A stretch of 64,000 nucleotides of DNA from Adineta vaga (lineage: Eukaryota > Animalia > Rotifera). The notes beneath the pieces were generated by a model that saw only the letters and a program-made list of their open reading frames with translations, was not told the DNA's origin and searched no databases. Positions within the stretch are counted from its first letter, which is position 1. Every line of letters begins with the position of its first letter. This document shows, piece by piece, positions 47,879 to 61,874 of this stretch. The stretch is from NCBI GenBank assembly GCA_021613535.1, contig CP075496.1:868001-932000 (forward strand), read 5' to 3'. Made by a program: the position numbers and the translations under genes.

Positions 47879-49610
47879 ATTCACGAAAATAATGTGAAAA
47901 GTTAATTCAAGCAAACCATAATTACGACTAGCTATACAAGGTTGTCAAGGAATAGAAGAAAAGAAAATATTTTTGTGAAAATAAAATAACTTACATCCTT
48001 ATTCTTCTGGAGACATTTCTACCAATCAGAATAATACACAGGTTAGAAAGAAATTAGGTGAGTAATGGCGCCATCTTTTCTTTTTAACTTTACATTATTT
48101 TAATTGCCTACTGAAATCCTTTAATTAGTCTGTCTCTGTCATAGTCAGATCAAATCAACTGAGATTTTTCTTCATGATAAAGAAACGTTGTCTTTAGAAC
48201 TGTAGCATCACTCATTCATACCTCGAGAAAGATTATATTACTTTAAAAACATTTTTGAAGAGTATTTTCGAAGTGTATAGTACTTAGGATATGTTCTAAT
48301 AAAGGAGTTTGGTCATGAATTCATATCTTCGTTTCTTTCCAATTCGAAAGTTTTGTAAATACTTGAATAAATATATCTGATATTTATTTCCTAGGATAAT
48401 AAATCTAAGTGTGATGTGCAAGACATTATTTATAGTTTTAACACATGGGAAATCAGATGTCTCCTTGTATGTTCTCTTCCTAATCAATCAGTTGATCAAT
48501 TGATTCTCCTGTAAGATGATCTGATTTCTCCTGCAGATTATTTTCAAAGTCTCTCTTGGACTTAAAACCTTGTTTTCAAGGTTTATTACTCCGATGTATT
48601 ATGAAAAACTTTCTCGTTGCTAATTCATTTACTCTTTGATAGAAATTATGTCAATCCTATTAAGAATGTCTGTCTGTTCATAACAAATCTAATGTAATAT
48701 TAAAAGAAAATTATTAACATAAGTTTCATAAAGTATTCTTTTCAAAATCTTCTTTTCTTTTGTTCACACATAAAGAAAATCCAATCAGCTTAAAACATTT
48801 TCTTTCTTCTCTAATCAACTCGTCATTTTTCTTAAGTTAAATAGAAGAAAAAAGGTTTTTTTTTCTCTTCTCTCTATCTGTTGATATATGAATAAATTCT
48901 TAGTTTGTATAGCCTTGAGCAATATTAGTTTTATTTGTTGAATATATCTCGAGTGAATTAGAAAAGATTTTTCCTTTGATTCTCTTTTTGTCTTTGGAAA
49001 AACGTCAAGGTCTATTCCATCTATGTACAGGACAAATATAATAAATAAAATCTCTTTGTATTTAAGTAATGACCTTGTCGGATTTGAATGAATGAATATT
49101 TTCTAGTTAACCTCAAAGTCAATTGATCATCGATCGAGAAAAAAACGTTGAACTTGCCCGTCAATTTTCCTCGTTGATGAGGTAATCAAATCGAAAGAGT
49201 TCCTTTTCTTATTCTTATTCTTCTTCAATGACACACGTTTTCATTACAATGATCTAGTTAACTCGATTCGTTTGTCGGCAAATCATTTGATAAAAATCAC
49301 GTTCATGTCAACAAAATAACAAATCAAAGTTACTTTCATTGTTTTGTTTGTTTAAAGATAATTGTCCTTCGAATATAGAAGAGACAAGTGGATCAATATC
49401 GACTAGAATGATTATCATTCAATAAGCCAAAGAGAAAGAGAAAGAGAAAGAGAAAGAGAAAAAGAAAGAAAATTTTTTCTCGTTCTCTAGTAATTGAACA
49501 AGAGAAGAAGTAGAAGAAGAAGGAGAAGAAAAAAGGCAGCAATTAGTTGTCGTTCTCATTGCTTCCTGAGTAGTAGTTGATCTTATTCTTTCTATCGTTT
49601 TAATCTGATC

Positions 49611-52274
49611 ATGTTTATCAAACTGATAATCTATTTCTCATTGATTTATTTGACATATTCGGATCAAAATATCACAGCAAATATTGGTCAAGATATAACA
49701 CTTTCATGTTTTTATGAAAATCAATCACAAATTGATCAGGTAACTTTCGCGTTTTTTTCGTCTTCTTCACGTATAGAAAGAAAAAAAGAAGAAGAAATTC
49801 TTCAATTTATGTCTACTTATTATGCTCAATAGAGCATAGATAATCAATTGATAGAGTAGAAGTTGATTCTTATTAGCATGTCGATATCATCTTAAATATA
49901 TAAAGGTTAGTCAGGTAGAGAATGAAAATTGTTTTTCCTACAGAAGCAGAACCAAATCAATATTATTGTTATTTGAAGGACACTCGACAACTATTTTATG
50001 GGATGATGCCCCTAGACAAACAATAGAAAATGAAAGAGCACATTGAACATATGTTCACTGATGATCAAGCGAGTGAACCACTTAGAAAATCAACGGTTAG
50101 TTTTTATCCTCCGGTTGAATACATTTACGAATCACTTTTCTTCTCGAATATATCTAAACAATAAATTGATCTGATGAAGATAAACTTTTCATTTGATTTT
50201 AGCTTTCATTTATGCATCAAACTACAGGTGATATTTTATCCCTCGGTTTAGAATTATTTCTCGATGATTCCGTAGCAAATCAACATATGAAATTAATACA
50301 ATTTTCATCAAATCGTTTGGATTTAAAAATATTTTCCGTCAATCAAAATGATTCTGGTCTTTATACATGTATGTTTAATGATGAAAAATTATCGTCATAT
50401 TTACTGGAAATATTTAGTAAGTATCTTTCAAATGAGATTAACTAATCTGTCTGTCATTTGATTTGACAAATTCAAAAAAGAAAGAAAAGAAGAAATTGCA
50501 CTCCTTCTCTTGTCAAATGTTTAACCTTGTATGAAAAAAGATAAGAAATCTTATGTAACTACAGTTAACATATCATTTCATCTGAATCTATAAGAATGAG
50601 AAATAAATAATTGAGTATGTCATAAGGAGGAGAAAAAAAACGAGAGCGAACGTGATTTTTTTAATCATTATTTTTGGTTGATCAAGCAGAAGAATTGCTA
50701 AAACATGTGTGTGTATTAATCTGATCCTGTGTTGAATATTATTCAATATGAAAACTCTATCAATCAATTAGGTTGATTATTTGAATTTCTCGTTAACAAT
50801 AACAAATCTTTCGATATATTATTCTTTTTTTTTTTATACAATAGATATAAATAATAAATTTCTTTTTAGAACCTTGACATTTGTTGTAATCAAATAGAGT
50901 AGATCAATAGAAATATGAAAAAGGAAAAAAAAAGTCGATATGAGATTTGTCAAAGTAGTATTCAAAACTCAGACATGATCATACCGAAAAGAAATCAACG
51001 TCATGATGAGTTTGATCTGATTATTAATCTAAAGAATAAAAGAAACAAAGGAGAAGAAAAACAAAATAGATCTTAAAAAATAATCTTCTTACAATTTCTA
51101 CTAAAGAAAATGATTAATCGCATTAAAGTTTTTTTTCTATTTAGTTCCACCACGATTTCTTTCGTTTTTTCCATTGGAAGCAAGTGTATCATATCCTGAA
51201 GGTTCATCAATAAATTTCTCTTGTCATGCTTATGCTTTTCCTCCAGCTAATATCACTTGGATTTATCGAAATCAAAATAAACAATTTAAAAGTAATTTTC
51301 AACAGAACAAAAAAAAACATATTTTAGTAAACAAAATTCTTGTCTTAAGATATTCAAAGTGGAGACGAAATCTATATTCCATCAGTTGAACCATTAGATA
51401 GTGGATCATATGAATGTATTGCATCCAATGGATATCATCAGGCAATTAGTCGTGCATTCTATGTCACTGTTCAATGTAAGTCGTCTGATCCGTTTGTCTG
51501 TCTTAAATTTCAACAAATGAAGCTTTTCTTTTCTTCTAATCACACGTATTTTATCAAATATAATCTCAACAAATATGTTGTTAACACATACAAAAAGAGA
51601 ATCGTTTCTTGCTGATCATTATTGTTGTCGTTATTTTTCTGAATGTTTTCTTGTTTTAGATCCACCACATGTAACAATTGATAAGTTTATCGATTTAAAT
51701 CAAAGACCCATTCAATTCAAATGTGAAATTTGTTCTGTACCTTTATCACATATTGAATGGTTTCGTAATGGAAAAAATATCATTGATGAACAACATTTTC
51801 TTATTAAAACCAATTCGCTTCAAACAGAAAATAAAGATTGTTTAACTACAACATTAACATTTCAAGTAAGTTTGATCTTTTCCTATAGAAATTTATAAAG
51901 ATAAACTTGAATGAAAGGATCCTATTTATGAAAAATTTGGTCGATATGAATGTCGTGCTGAGAATATTCTTGGTCATTATTCTGATCATATTGATTATCA
52001 ATCGAAAACAGGTAAGATTAAGTTTAATTCAAAATTTAATCAATTATTTTATTTGTTTTCATTTTGAAGTTCCAATACCCAAATTAAGAAATGAACAATC
52101 AGCTCTCTTAATTCTTCCGAATAAAACCATCGAGTTTCCAAGTAAATTTCATTCTTTTTCTAATCGAATTATTTGATTTTTCAATTAGATTCATCTTCGT
52201 GTTCTATTCAATTGAATTCTTCATTTATTCTCTCAATAATCTTCATTTTTTTCAACAGTTATCTTCTGCTGTGA
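49611..52274 (+). CDS. Lachesin/IgLON-like three-Ig-domain cell adhesion protein, probably GPI-anchored (paralogue 1)
   Basis: Signal peptide; Ig1 ANIGQDITLSC..DSGLYTC; Ig2 PPRF..CHAYAFPPANITW..DSGSYECIASNG; Ig3 CEICSVP..EWF..FGRYECRAENILG; hydrophobic C-terminus. Confidence 0.8.
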
Positions 52275-52375
52275 CGAATCTTTTCTCAATCCTCGATTTA
52301 ACATTCCCGGTGTGTTAAAATAAACATCCCTCAAATTCGTTTCTTCTCTTTTTATTGTAATACTCTTCTCTTTGT

Positions 52376-52570
52376 TTGATTTTCCTTTTTTTTTTGGAGA
52401 ATTTTTATGTGTCAATTTTTATTTTATTTGTTTAATAACAACAACAAAAAAGAACGGTCAATGTTTATTCAAATCTTCTCTTGGTTCAATGTACCGACGT
52501 TCAATTCATCATACGTAAGAGACTAATACAAGTTAGATAAAAGAAATAAATGATGAATATCAATGTATTA
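52376..52570. repeat. Diverged direct duplicate of 52916-53190 (3' end of paralogue 2)
   Basis: Shared blocks TTGATTTTCCTTTTTT..GGAGAAT..GTGTCAATTTTTTATTT..TTTGTTTAATAACAACAA and GTAAGAGA.TAATACAAGT.AGATAAAAGAAATAAA..ATGAATATC. Confidence 0.8.
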
Positions 52571-53134
52571 GATTTCTGTGGAATGGATTTTTCAATTCGG
52601 AAACGTTTACCCGGAAAAAGCTTGCTCTTATTCCGTCTCCAATCCCAAATTTGAAGAAAAATTGTTTTACCTCTCACTCCGTCGGAGTCGAGTTTCAGAA
52701 TCTGATGTAGAACTGTAGTTCTGGGCCTTCCTGATTGTCGCACATTTACTTAAATAGCTCATCGATTTTCATTAAAATCAATTACGACTTTAACTGTTGT
52801 TCTTTGATTAGGTCGTGCAAATTTATTAGCAACGTCATTTTTCTTTACACAATCACTACCTTACTACAGTGGACTTATAACAAGATAAAGATTAATTCAC
52901 ACTCCAATTTCTACTTGTTTGATTTTCCTTTTTTTGTTTTGGAGAATATTTTTGTGTCAATTTTTTATTTCATTTGTTTAATAACAACAAAAAGAAAATG
53001 TCAAATGATCACTTTGAAAAGAAAAGAGAAAAGTTAAGGTTTATTTAAATCTTCTTTTAGTTCGATTCACCGGTGTTGATTTAATGGCACTGATTAAGAT
53101 ATTCCGAAGAAAAATAATCAATTCATTATACTGA

Positions 53135-56100
53135 TCATATGTAAGAGATTAATACAAGTAAGATAAAAGAAATAAACCATGAATATCTATATACATTGCT
53201 GAATGATTTTGAAGATTCTAAGATTTCTATTGGAATTTAAAACAAAAAGAGTTTTGATGAAATTTTTTTTTATTTTTATTACCTGCTGAATGAGTTTTAT
53301 TGAATTTGTGATTTTTATCAATTAATAAAGCTGTACGTCCATTGCGATTAAATTCATTTGCATGAAATTCTTGTTGTTTTGTTTTGAAACTTTTTGAACC
53401 TTTAATAATCAAATCAAAATCATTGATCACATTAAAAAAATTACAATAGTCTTTTGTTTACTTTGTTCAATATCAATATAAGCAGAATTTTCTCCCAAAT
53501 TATTCTCTGCTCGACATTCATACTGTCCAAATTGATATTCATCCAAATCCTTTTTTTTATATAAAACAAAATCATTGTTTTTCTCAAAAAAGAAAGAAAA
53601 CCATCAAATAAATAAACATACAACTATTTCCATAATTGATTCTGAACATTGATGATGATCAATTTTATGAATTTTAATAAGAATATTAACATCAGTTATG
53701 ATTTGATCTTGTCGAAACCAATTTATTTGACGAACTTCGGGAATTGAACATACATGACATTTAATAAGAACTGTATCATGAATATTACGCATCATTTTAT
53801 CATTTAATATCATTAGACGAGGAGAATCTAAACAACAGATCATATAACTAATTAATTATCCAGGAGAGTTAGCCGGTTTTTCGCATTAGAAAATTATGTA
53901 ATCAAAGATTATCATAATTGAATGTCATCTCAATGAAATGACCGTCTAATTGAATAGTGTGATTCGCAAACGGACGGAAATACTTTCACAATCGATTGAG
54001 TTATTTCTTCTTTTAAACTTGTCATGCAAATGAAATCCTTTTCCTTTTTAGGAAAACTTACATTGAACAGTAACATAAAATGCACGACTTATCGAAGCAT
54101 GATAATGATTTGAAGCTATACATTCATATGATCCACTATCTGATGAACGAAGTGACGATATATAAACATTTTCTCCGTTTTGAATTGCTAAAAAAAACGA
54201 AATTCTTTGTTTCTCTTTGTCTTGAATAAAAACCAAATGAAATAAATTACTTTTCGATTGTTTATTTTTATCTCGATAAATCCATGTGATATTCGCAGGT
54301 GGTACAGCAAATGCTTGACAAGATAAATTCATTGTTGTATTTTCAGCATACGAAACACTTCCTTCAATTGGATGATATGACAAAAATCTTGGTGGAACTA
54401 TAATGAAAGAATATCTTGGTTATCTTATATTTAAGTAATATAATCTCGTTTGTTTTCTTTCGTTTTTCTTCTTCTATGTTGAACATAGATTAATGCAGAC
54501 AAAAATGATTAACACATCATCTACGTAAGTTATATGTCTCATGTGTGTAAAAGGTTAAGACATGAGTCGTATTCTTTTTATCTTTCTTGTTCTCCTTCAT
54601 CGTATCGATCACCATACGGACGGGTCATTAACGCTAATTTATTGCGATGCCTGTCAAGATTACAAACGAGAAGTAGAAGGAATCTCCTGCAATTAGCACG
54701 AGAAGATTATCCATTCAACTGTACAATGTAATAATCTTCTTAGGAAAAACGAACAAATTGTTTTTTGATCGATAGATTAATTTCTATTCATTGAATAAAG
54801 AAACATAAATTCCAAACAGATGAACTTGTCAACATTTTCCCTCTTATTACATCATTTAGAATCTAATTCATTTTCTTTGAAGAATGTACTTGAGATGAGA
54901 ACGAGAGTGAGAGAGAGAACAAGAAGTAATTTCTTTCATTTGCAATTAAGATTTAATCAAAATGATAACAATGTTTGATGAATTATTCTTACCAAATATT
55001 TCCAATGAAAATGACGTTAATTTTTCATCATTTAACATACATGTATAAATGCCTGAATCATTTTGATTAACTGATAGAAGTTTTAAATCTAAACGATTCG
55101 AGGCAAATTGTATTAATTTAATATGTTGATTTGATGAAGATTCTTGAACGAATAATTCTGAGCCCAGTGACAATATGTCACCTGTCATTTGACGCATAAA
55201 AGAAACCTAAAATTAAATATTTAACATTTAATCTACATTTTGAAATCGAACGTCATTATCTTTGTGACAGAATTGAAAAAAAAAGAAAAGAAGTCAATCG
55301 TACGGTCAATATGCTTTACTGATGTCCTTGAAAGTAACAATAATATTGATCGAACAAAGAAAACTGATGACTGATTCGAAGATGATAAAGAGCTCTTCAA
55401 AGACTTAATGTATTAAAGAAGGCACCATATGATAAAACTTTTTATTTCATTTGAAGAAGATGACCTATGTTAGTGATCAATCTGTTAAAACAAGCTGATG
55501 CGTGTTACGCTGAATCGAGTGATCAGATATGGTGTGAATGTAGTTGATTAAAAAGAAACGAAAAGAAAAGAGAAAAAGTTTTTACACCTATCAATATCAT
55601 AAACGATACACACGTTTTGATTAAAATAATCCTCGAGAAAATTGAGCAAAGAGATATACACATATATATATATATATAAACTATTGAGATCAATGAAGAG
55701 AATATTTTTGTCCATCTGGATAATCGAAAATCGATATAGACATCTACACACTCGTCTAATGTTCAACTAAACAATAAACAATGATCCGTTACACATATAG
55801 TTTATATATTCTTTACCATATGATGAATAAAAACATAATGAGTCTGATGCTTTTCTTTCCTCAAGAAAATCATCGCTTGAATAAACGATCGATTTTCTGC
55901 ATCTATGAGTTTTTTTTATATACAAAGAGTACAAATCAGTTTTCTCCGCCTTTTTTCTTCTTCTTCGATTTCAGTATTTTCAAACCTGTTCAATTTTGTC
56001 TTCATCGAATAGACATGACATTGTTACATCTTGACCAACATCAGCTTTCAGACTTTGATGTTGATTATCATTGATTGATAAGGAGTTTTTTAAGAAAATA

Positions 56101-56156
56101 ATTAAAAGTATCAAAAGACATTGAGATATTGACGACCATATGTAGTACGACGGCAT
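53135..56156 (-). CDS. Lachesin/IgLON-like three-Ig-domain protein (paralogue 2), convergent with paralogue 1
   Basis: MPSYYIWSSISQCLLILLIIFLKNSLS..ADVGQDVTMSC; matching exon structure and motifs (GDILSLG.ELF, SNRLDLK, PPANITWIYR, YECIASN, CHVCSIP, FGQYECRAENNLG); hydrophobic tail. Confidence 0.8.
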
Positions 56157-58633
56157 GACTGATGATTGAATGAATGTGAATTGAGAAGAGAAACACTGAG
56201 AGAGAACAAGAGACAGAGAGCGAGAGGGAGAGAGAGAGAAAAAAGTCTTCCTTTTTTCTTCCTTTGCTCAAACTGTAGTCTATGCGTCTAGTAAGACAGA
56301 CCGACGATGGACGTTTATGTATGTGTGTGATAATTGCACTCTTTCTCTCTCCTTCTCTTTCTTGCTTACACACGTTCATTTCATCTTATCCGCTTGAGGC
56401 ATATAAATGAAGACGTGCAATGGACGATGGGCGTCATCATGAATTGCGAAAAAAAGAAAGAAATGTGTGTTCATTTTGTATTTTTCCTTCCTGTATATAT
56501 GTATTGATGAATGAGAGGTACAAATGATGATAATCATCATTTGTTGTTGATGGCACGTATTGAAGAAGAACGAAAGTGCTTTTACTTTCATGTATGTATG
56601 TATATATATATATTTTCGTTATACTTACGTCATTCAATCTATCAAAATGTTTGTTTGGCCGGTTTAGGATCGGATGCTTTTATTCATTGTATGTACTGAT
56701 GTTATAGTACAAAGTATTAAGAATATATATAGATTGAAGAAAAGAATAACAATAATTATCGGTGAGAATGAACAAAAAAAAGAAAGAAAGAAAGAAAGAA
56801 AGATGATGATTACTCATATGAACAATTCTTTTATTCCACTTTCTTCTTGCTTGTTTCAATAATCAAAATATGTTAGATTATTCTCGTACATTGAATGTAT
56901 TTCGTAATGAATTTATTTGATCAGAACTTGTATATTCTATTAGAATAGGTGATAGGTACGTGAAGATTGTTATTCTTACGATGTTTACATATTGACAAAG
57001 AAATCTTTCTTTTTCGAAGAAATATAATGGAATATTGAAAATAGAAATTTTTCTTCTTTTACTATTTTAAAATAATCTAAAAACTTTCATTTCTATTATC
57101 ATGTCTGGCAAATGTTCCTTACAGATATTCTTCTTATTACATATGGAAATAGCATGATTTCCTTATGTCAAAAGTATATCTTCCTGTTAGGTAAATTTTG
57201 GTAAAAGAAAGAAATGAGAATATTAATTATAGATAAAGTACGCATGCACGCGTATGATCATGACATACACATGTTTCTCTTCTTCTTCTTTCTTTTCTTT
57301 TTTCGGAGAATTTTGTCAGTTAATTTTTGTGTTAACATGCCTATTTTTTGGTAATTAATGAATGTTAATATTCTCAAAATGACTGACATAGTTTTGTTTT
57401 TATCGAAGCTTGTTGGAAATTCCGTTATGGTGAAGGTCATAAATGAGAACTTTTTTGTTCTTTCTTAAATCACCTTGTCATGCATATGATTTTATAAGAT
57501 TATCATATAACTTGTGTCAAACAGAATACTTTCAAATACTCATCAGACAGTAAGCTAAGATTATGTGTGACTTTTTGATACCTATTCTTAAAGTTTATGA
57601 AAGTTCATGTCAAGAATTTATGCACGTTTCCTCTCTCTCTATGTAATGTTTGAGATACATTTTCAATTATTAATGAAGCAATCATTTATGTTGTAACTGT
57701 TTATGACTTATATTGATATGTCGTTTCACTATCACGTGTATCTAATATAAGCGATTGTACATTATCATTTGTCATGCTATTGACTTTTCTTTTCTAAATA
57801 GAGAAATCTTACTAAACGTAAAACAAATCTCTCTATCGATAGATATTTTACAAGCATTGTTCTATATTATATTGAATACTGTTACGGCATGCTGTTATGG
57901 TCAAGGAAAATGGGACTTGTAATGATCTAGAAAAAGCATTCTTCATACCGATTGTTTTTTATCGCATCAGACAGCATTGAATGTGCTATAATATCATTGT
58001 AGCAGCTGTTTATAACTAACATTTCAGCGTGTAAGGCTATTCATTTGCTCAACTTTTTTTTGCCTAGTAAAATTTGACGAAAATTCTTTTCATATGAGAT
58101 GATAAGAAACAAAATCGTAGTTAAAAATATCCTATGCGTAAGTATGAATAATGAACAATTCTATACATATTCAATATTGACAAACAAATCATCTTTTCTC
58201 AATCAATATGTTAGTCTTCATTTGATTATTTTATATGACGATCAAACTTTATACTTTCTGTATAGATTTGAATATAAGTTTACATAAGTAGTACAGTATT
58301 AGAAAAAAAAACTTGTTGAAGGTCTATTCTTGATGATAAATCCATTAGATTAAAATGAAACTAAAATGATTATTTCCTTGGTTTCAACTTCATTATACAA
58401 AACTGAATTGCTACTGATTCTTCCTCAATAATAATGTCAATTGGCTTCTCATCAATTCTTTTTCAAAGTAATTTGTACATGAAGTACTACAGTTGAACCT
58501 ATATATGTGTACATACAAGAGAATATTTATCAATAAACATATAAAATATTCTTCTCTATATCCAATTATTCGAACAGCTGTTTTAATTCGATTTCAAATA
58601 TGAATATGATCGTTTATATGTTGTTAGATCTTT

Positions 58634-59549
58634 TTATAAGCAGAGATTCTCTGCACCATCTTGAGGTATATAACCTAAATCTCTTTTTGCATCATCTAAA
58701 TCAACCCAAAGACGATGATTATTTGATAGAGCAAAATAGATTCCACTAATATTTAAAGGAGCTTCCAATGCTCTGTCAATAAAAGAACATGCATCACGAT
58801 AACTTAACCAAACAGTTCGAAGCCATGTGAATCCTGGTTGATCAACGATATTAACCCAACCAATTCGAACACATATAATAGATTTCGAATGATTTTTTAT
58901 CATATCAATAGCCATTTGTTCGCCAATAATTTTACTTTGTTCATATGCAATAATTCCCGGTGTTTGATCACTAGCTAATGGTGGATGATCAGAAACAGTT
59001 AATTTTTGAAGATGTGATAACATAGTTGAATCATCGAAAGTTTCATTATATATAGAAAGATATGGTTGACGAGTAAGATAACCAAAAACTGTTCGTACAG
59101 AACTAGCATATATAATACGACGAATATTAGCTAAAGATTTTTAATCTAAATCATATTTCAAAGATAAAATACAACGAAAACTTACATGCTTCAAAGATAT
59201 TTCTTGTTCCTTCTATATTTACATAGGAAATTTTTTCAATATCAGGACAACTCTCGAGTACAGCTGCTAAATGAATGATAATATCAATTTTTAGTTCATT
59301 AATTATTCCATATAGTTTTGTTCGATCCGTAATATCACATTGAATAAATTTCTCAATTGGAATTGATGATATTGTTTTAATATCTTGTTCATTAAAATCA
59401 TGAGATTGATATCTTGTAGATATATCTATATGTAGATCAAGTCCATATACTTGATATTTCTCTGGATATGTTTTAGTTAAATGATTAAATAAAATTGTTC
59501 CAACTAAACCTGAAACTCCTGTTATTAATATTCGTTGTTGATTCGACAT
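58634..59549 (-). CDS. NAD-dependent epimerase/dehydratase, uronate-dehydrogenase-like extended SDR, 1 intron (59131-59185)
   Basis: LITGVSGLVG, IIHLAA, RRIIYASS, YEQSK (YxxxK), CVRIG, WLSYRD..SNN..W.D..LGYIPQDGAE. Confidence 0.82.
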
Positions 59550-59721
59550 TGTTTCTCTTTGTTTAGAATTTATTTCATTTATATGAGAAAGAAAAAATGT
59601 TTATCGATCTTAAATAATTATTTCATAATTCTGACAAAGAAGAAAAAAAAAAGTAAAAGAGTTTGAAGAAAAAGATAAGATTAGATAAAATGCCCAGCAC
59701 ATCTACTGTTGAATAGAGTGT

Positions 59722-61577
59722 TTAAATAGAACTTTTATTTTTTATCAATGCTTTCGATTTTCGAGGTATTATTAAAGAACGAAGAAATTCTTTCACACCA
59801 GCATAAGTTTCTTGTCCAACTGGTTCAATAAATGTTGTTGGTAACATAAACGCAAAATGTGCATGAGCATCATTCATATCATCTGAAGGACGTAATTCAA
59901 CAGTATAAACATATTTGATTTTACCAACACCTTTTGCCCAATCATCACTTCCACCTGCTGATTCATCTAAAGAGAAGAAAAAAACTAAATAGATTTACAT
60001 ATGAAAGAAAAAGATCAATTACAAAGTAAATTTGCTGCTGAACCAATTTTATACAAAGTTCCATTCACACGTTTCAATGCTTCCGAACCAATATTTGCTT
60101 TATTATCCTATAAAAACTAATTCAAATACAATGAATTTAACTTTTGAATACTTTACTAATTCGATATAATCATCTGGCATATGTAAAGCAAATCCCCATG
60201 GATAAATCCAATATTGTCCATATGAATGAAAAGTTAAATATGCATCCCAATGTCGTGATGATTGATTAATAAATTTTTGTAAACTTCGTGTTTCTGGTTC
60301 ACTATCTTGATAAGGTCCTGCATATGTTTCTGAACAAGGATATGTTGAAGCACCATTTTCTAAAGACAAAACAAAATTTAATTCAATTAAATATCAATCA
60401 ATTACCCATCCAATGATATCCAAAATTTCGATTTAAATCCACTCCCATACAATTTGGATTTACTCGTTGATAATAACCATTCGGTGCACGATTTTTTCTC
60501 CACATTCGTCTCTATTTTGATAATAAAATAATCTTTTTAAAATTTCAAAAAAAATCAACTACTTCTGTTTGTGCATATTCATAACCATCCGGATTCAATA
60601 ATGGAATAATATAAATATTAAATACCGATAAAAGTGATGGTCGTCCATTGTTAACTTCATCGATTAACTAAATGTTTTATTCTTTGTTTTTGAGAAATCG
60701 AAAATACTCTTTTACTTTATCAATCATATAAAGACAAGTAGATGGTGAAATAAATTCTCTTGCATGAATTCCACAATCAACTAAAATATTTCTTCGTGCT
60801 GTTAATTTTCCAATCTAAACGTAAAAACAAAAAGAGAATTTTACTCTTTGGAAAACTTCTCTATCAATACTCGTATTGTCCAAATCGAACGATTTTCATG
60901 TGTTTGACCAATTGAAAAAAGTGATGTAAAATTTTTCACTATCGGTGATCGTTGATGTTGTTGATTGAGAAATTGAACAATCTATATTTGTATGAAATAA
61001 TGAAGAATGATTTGATTTGAAAATAATTTACTTGATCATATCTTAGATAATCAGTTAAATGTGATGAGGATTGATATTTAATTGAACGACGTGTTCGACT
61101 TTTATGTTGTTTAGAAATATTATCTGATGTTTGAATTAATCTGAAATATAATTTGTTAAAAAGAAGAAAAGATGAATTATCTTTTTTTACTTTTCTAAAT
61201 CATTATTGAGAATTTTCATATCAATTCCATATTGTTTACATAATTTTTTAATTTTTGGAATTTGTTTTTTCGGTAAACTCATTTTAATATCTCGATTGAT
61301 TTGAAGAACTTCCGACCAACGATCAACCTTTAATGAAAAACATTTTCTCTTCGAAAATAAAATCACTGATATCTTACACCATAAGTATCTTCAAAATAAC
61401 GAATTAATCGAAGATGTTCATTAGTTTTTGGTAAAACACGTATTAATTCATGTCTATTCTCAAATAAATAATTCAAATAACATCTTTTTCTTGTTTTTTT
61501 ACATTTTACCCTTTATAAAAATGATTATTCGCATATGAACATGTGAAGAAAATCGTTAACCAGACTTTGAATAACAT
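59722..61577 (-). CDS. Carboxypeptidase B-like zinc metallopeptidase (M14A) with signal peptide and propeptide, multi-exon
   Basis: DCGIHAREFISP, NPDGYEY, RMWRKNR, GVDLNRNF, CSETYAG..SEPET, FHSYGQ, GGSDDW, YTVELR. Confidence 0.92.
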
Positions 61578-61874
61578 TGATGGATCTTAATGAACCTGAA
61601 AATCTTAAGGACAAATCTAATGTCGAAAGAAGAAAAAGGTAAATGAGTGAATAAGAGGAAGAAGAACAAATGCTCTTCGTTTTTTCTTTGTTAAATTTCA
61701 TGTACATAAGATCTTATTACTTGACTTTAATATCTTTCAAAAAATCAAATATGATTGACAGACGTCAGCAGTCGAACAGAAGGTTCATATTACTTCCAAG
61801 TCTTTCTTCTTTTTTAAAAATGAAATGATTTGAATAAAGATTAGAAGCCTTAAGATATATGTTATCTATCATTT

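Noticed and set aside
57510-57560. CTGATGAG..GAAA on the minus strand resembling a hammerhead ribozyme core (a CTGATGA also occurs near 28740)
   Set aside because: Stems I-III cannot be formed around the core.
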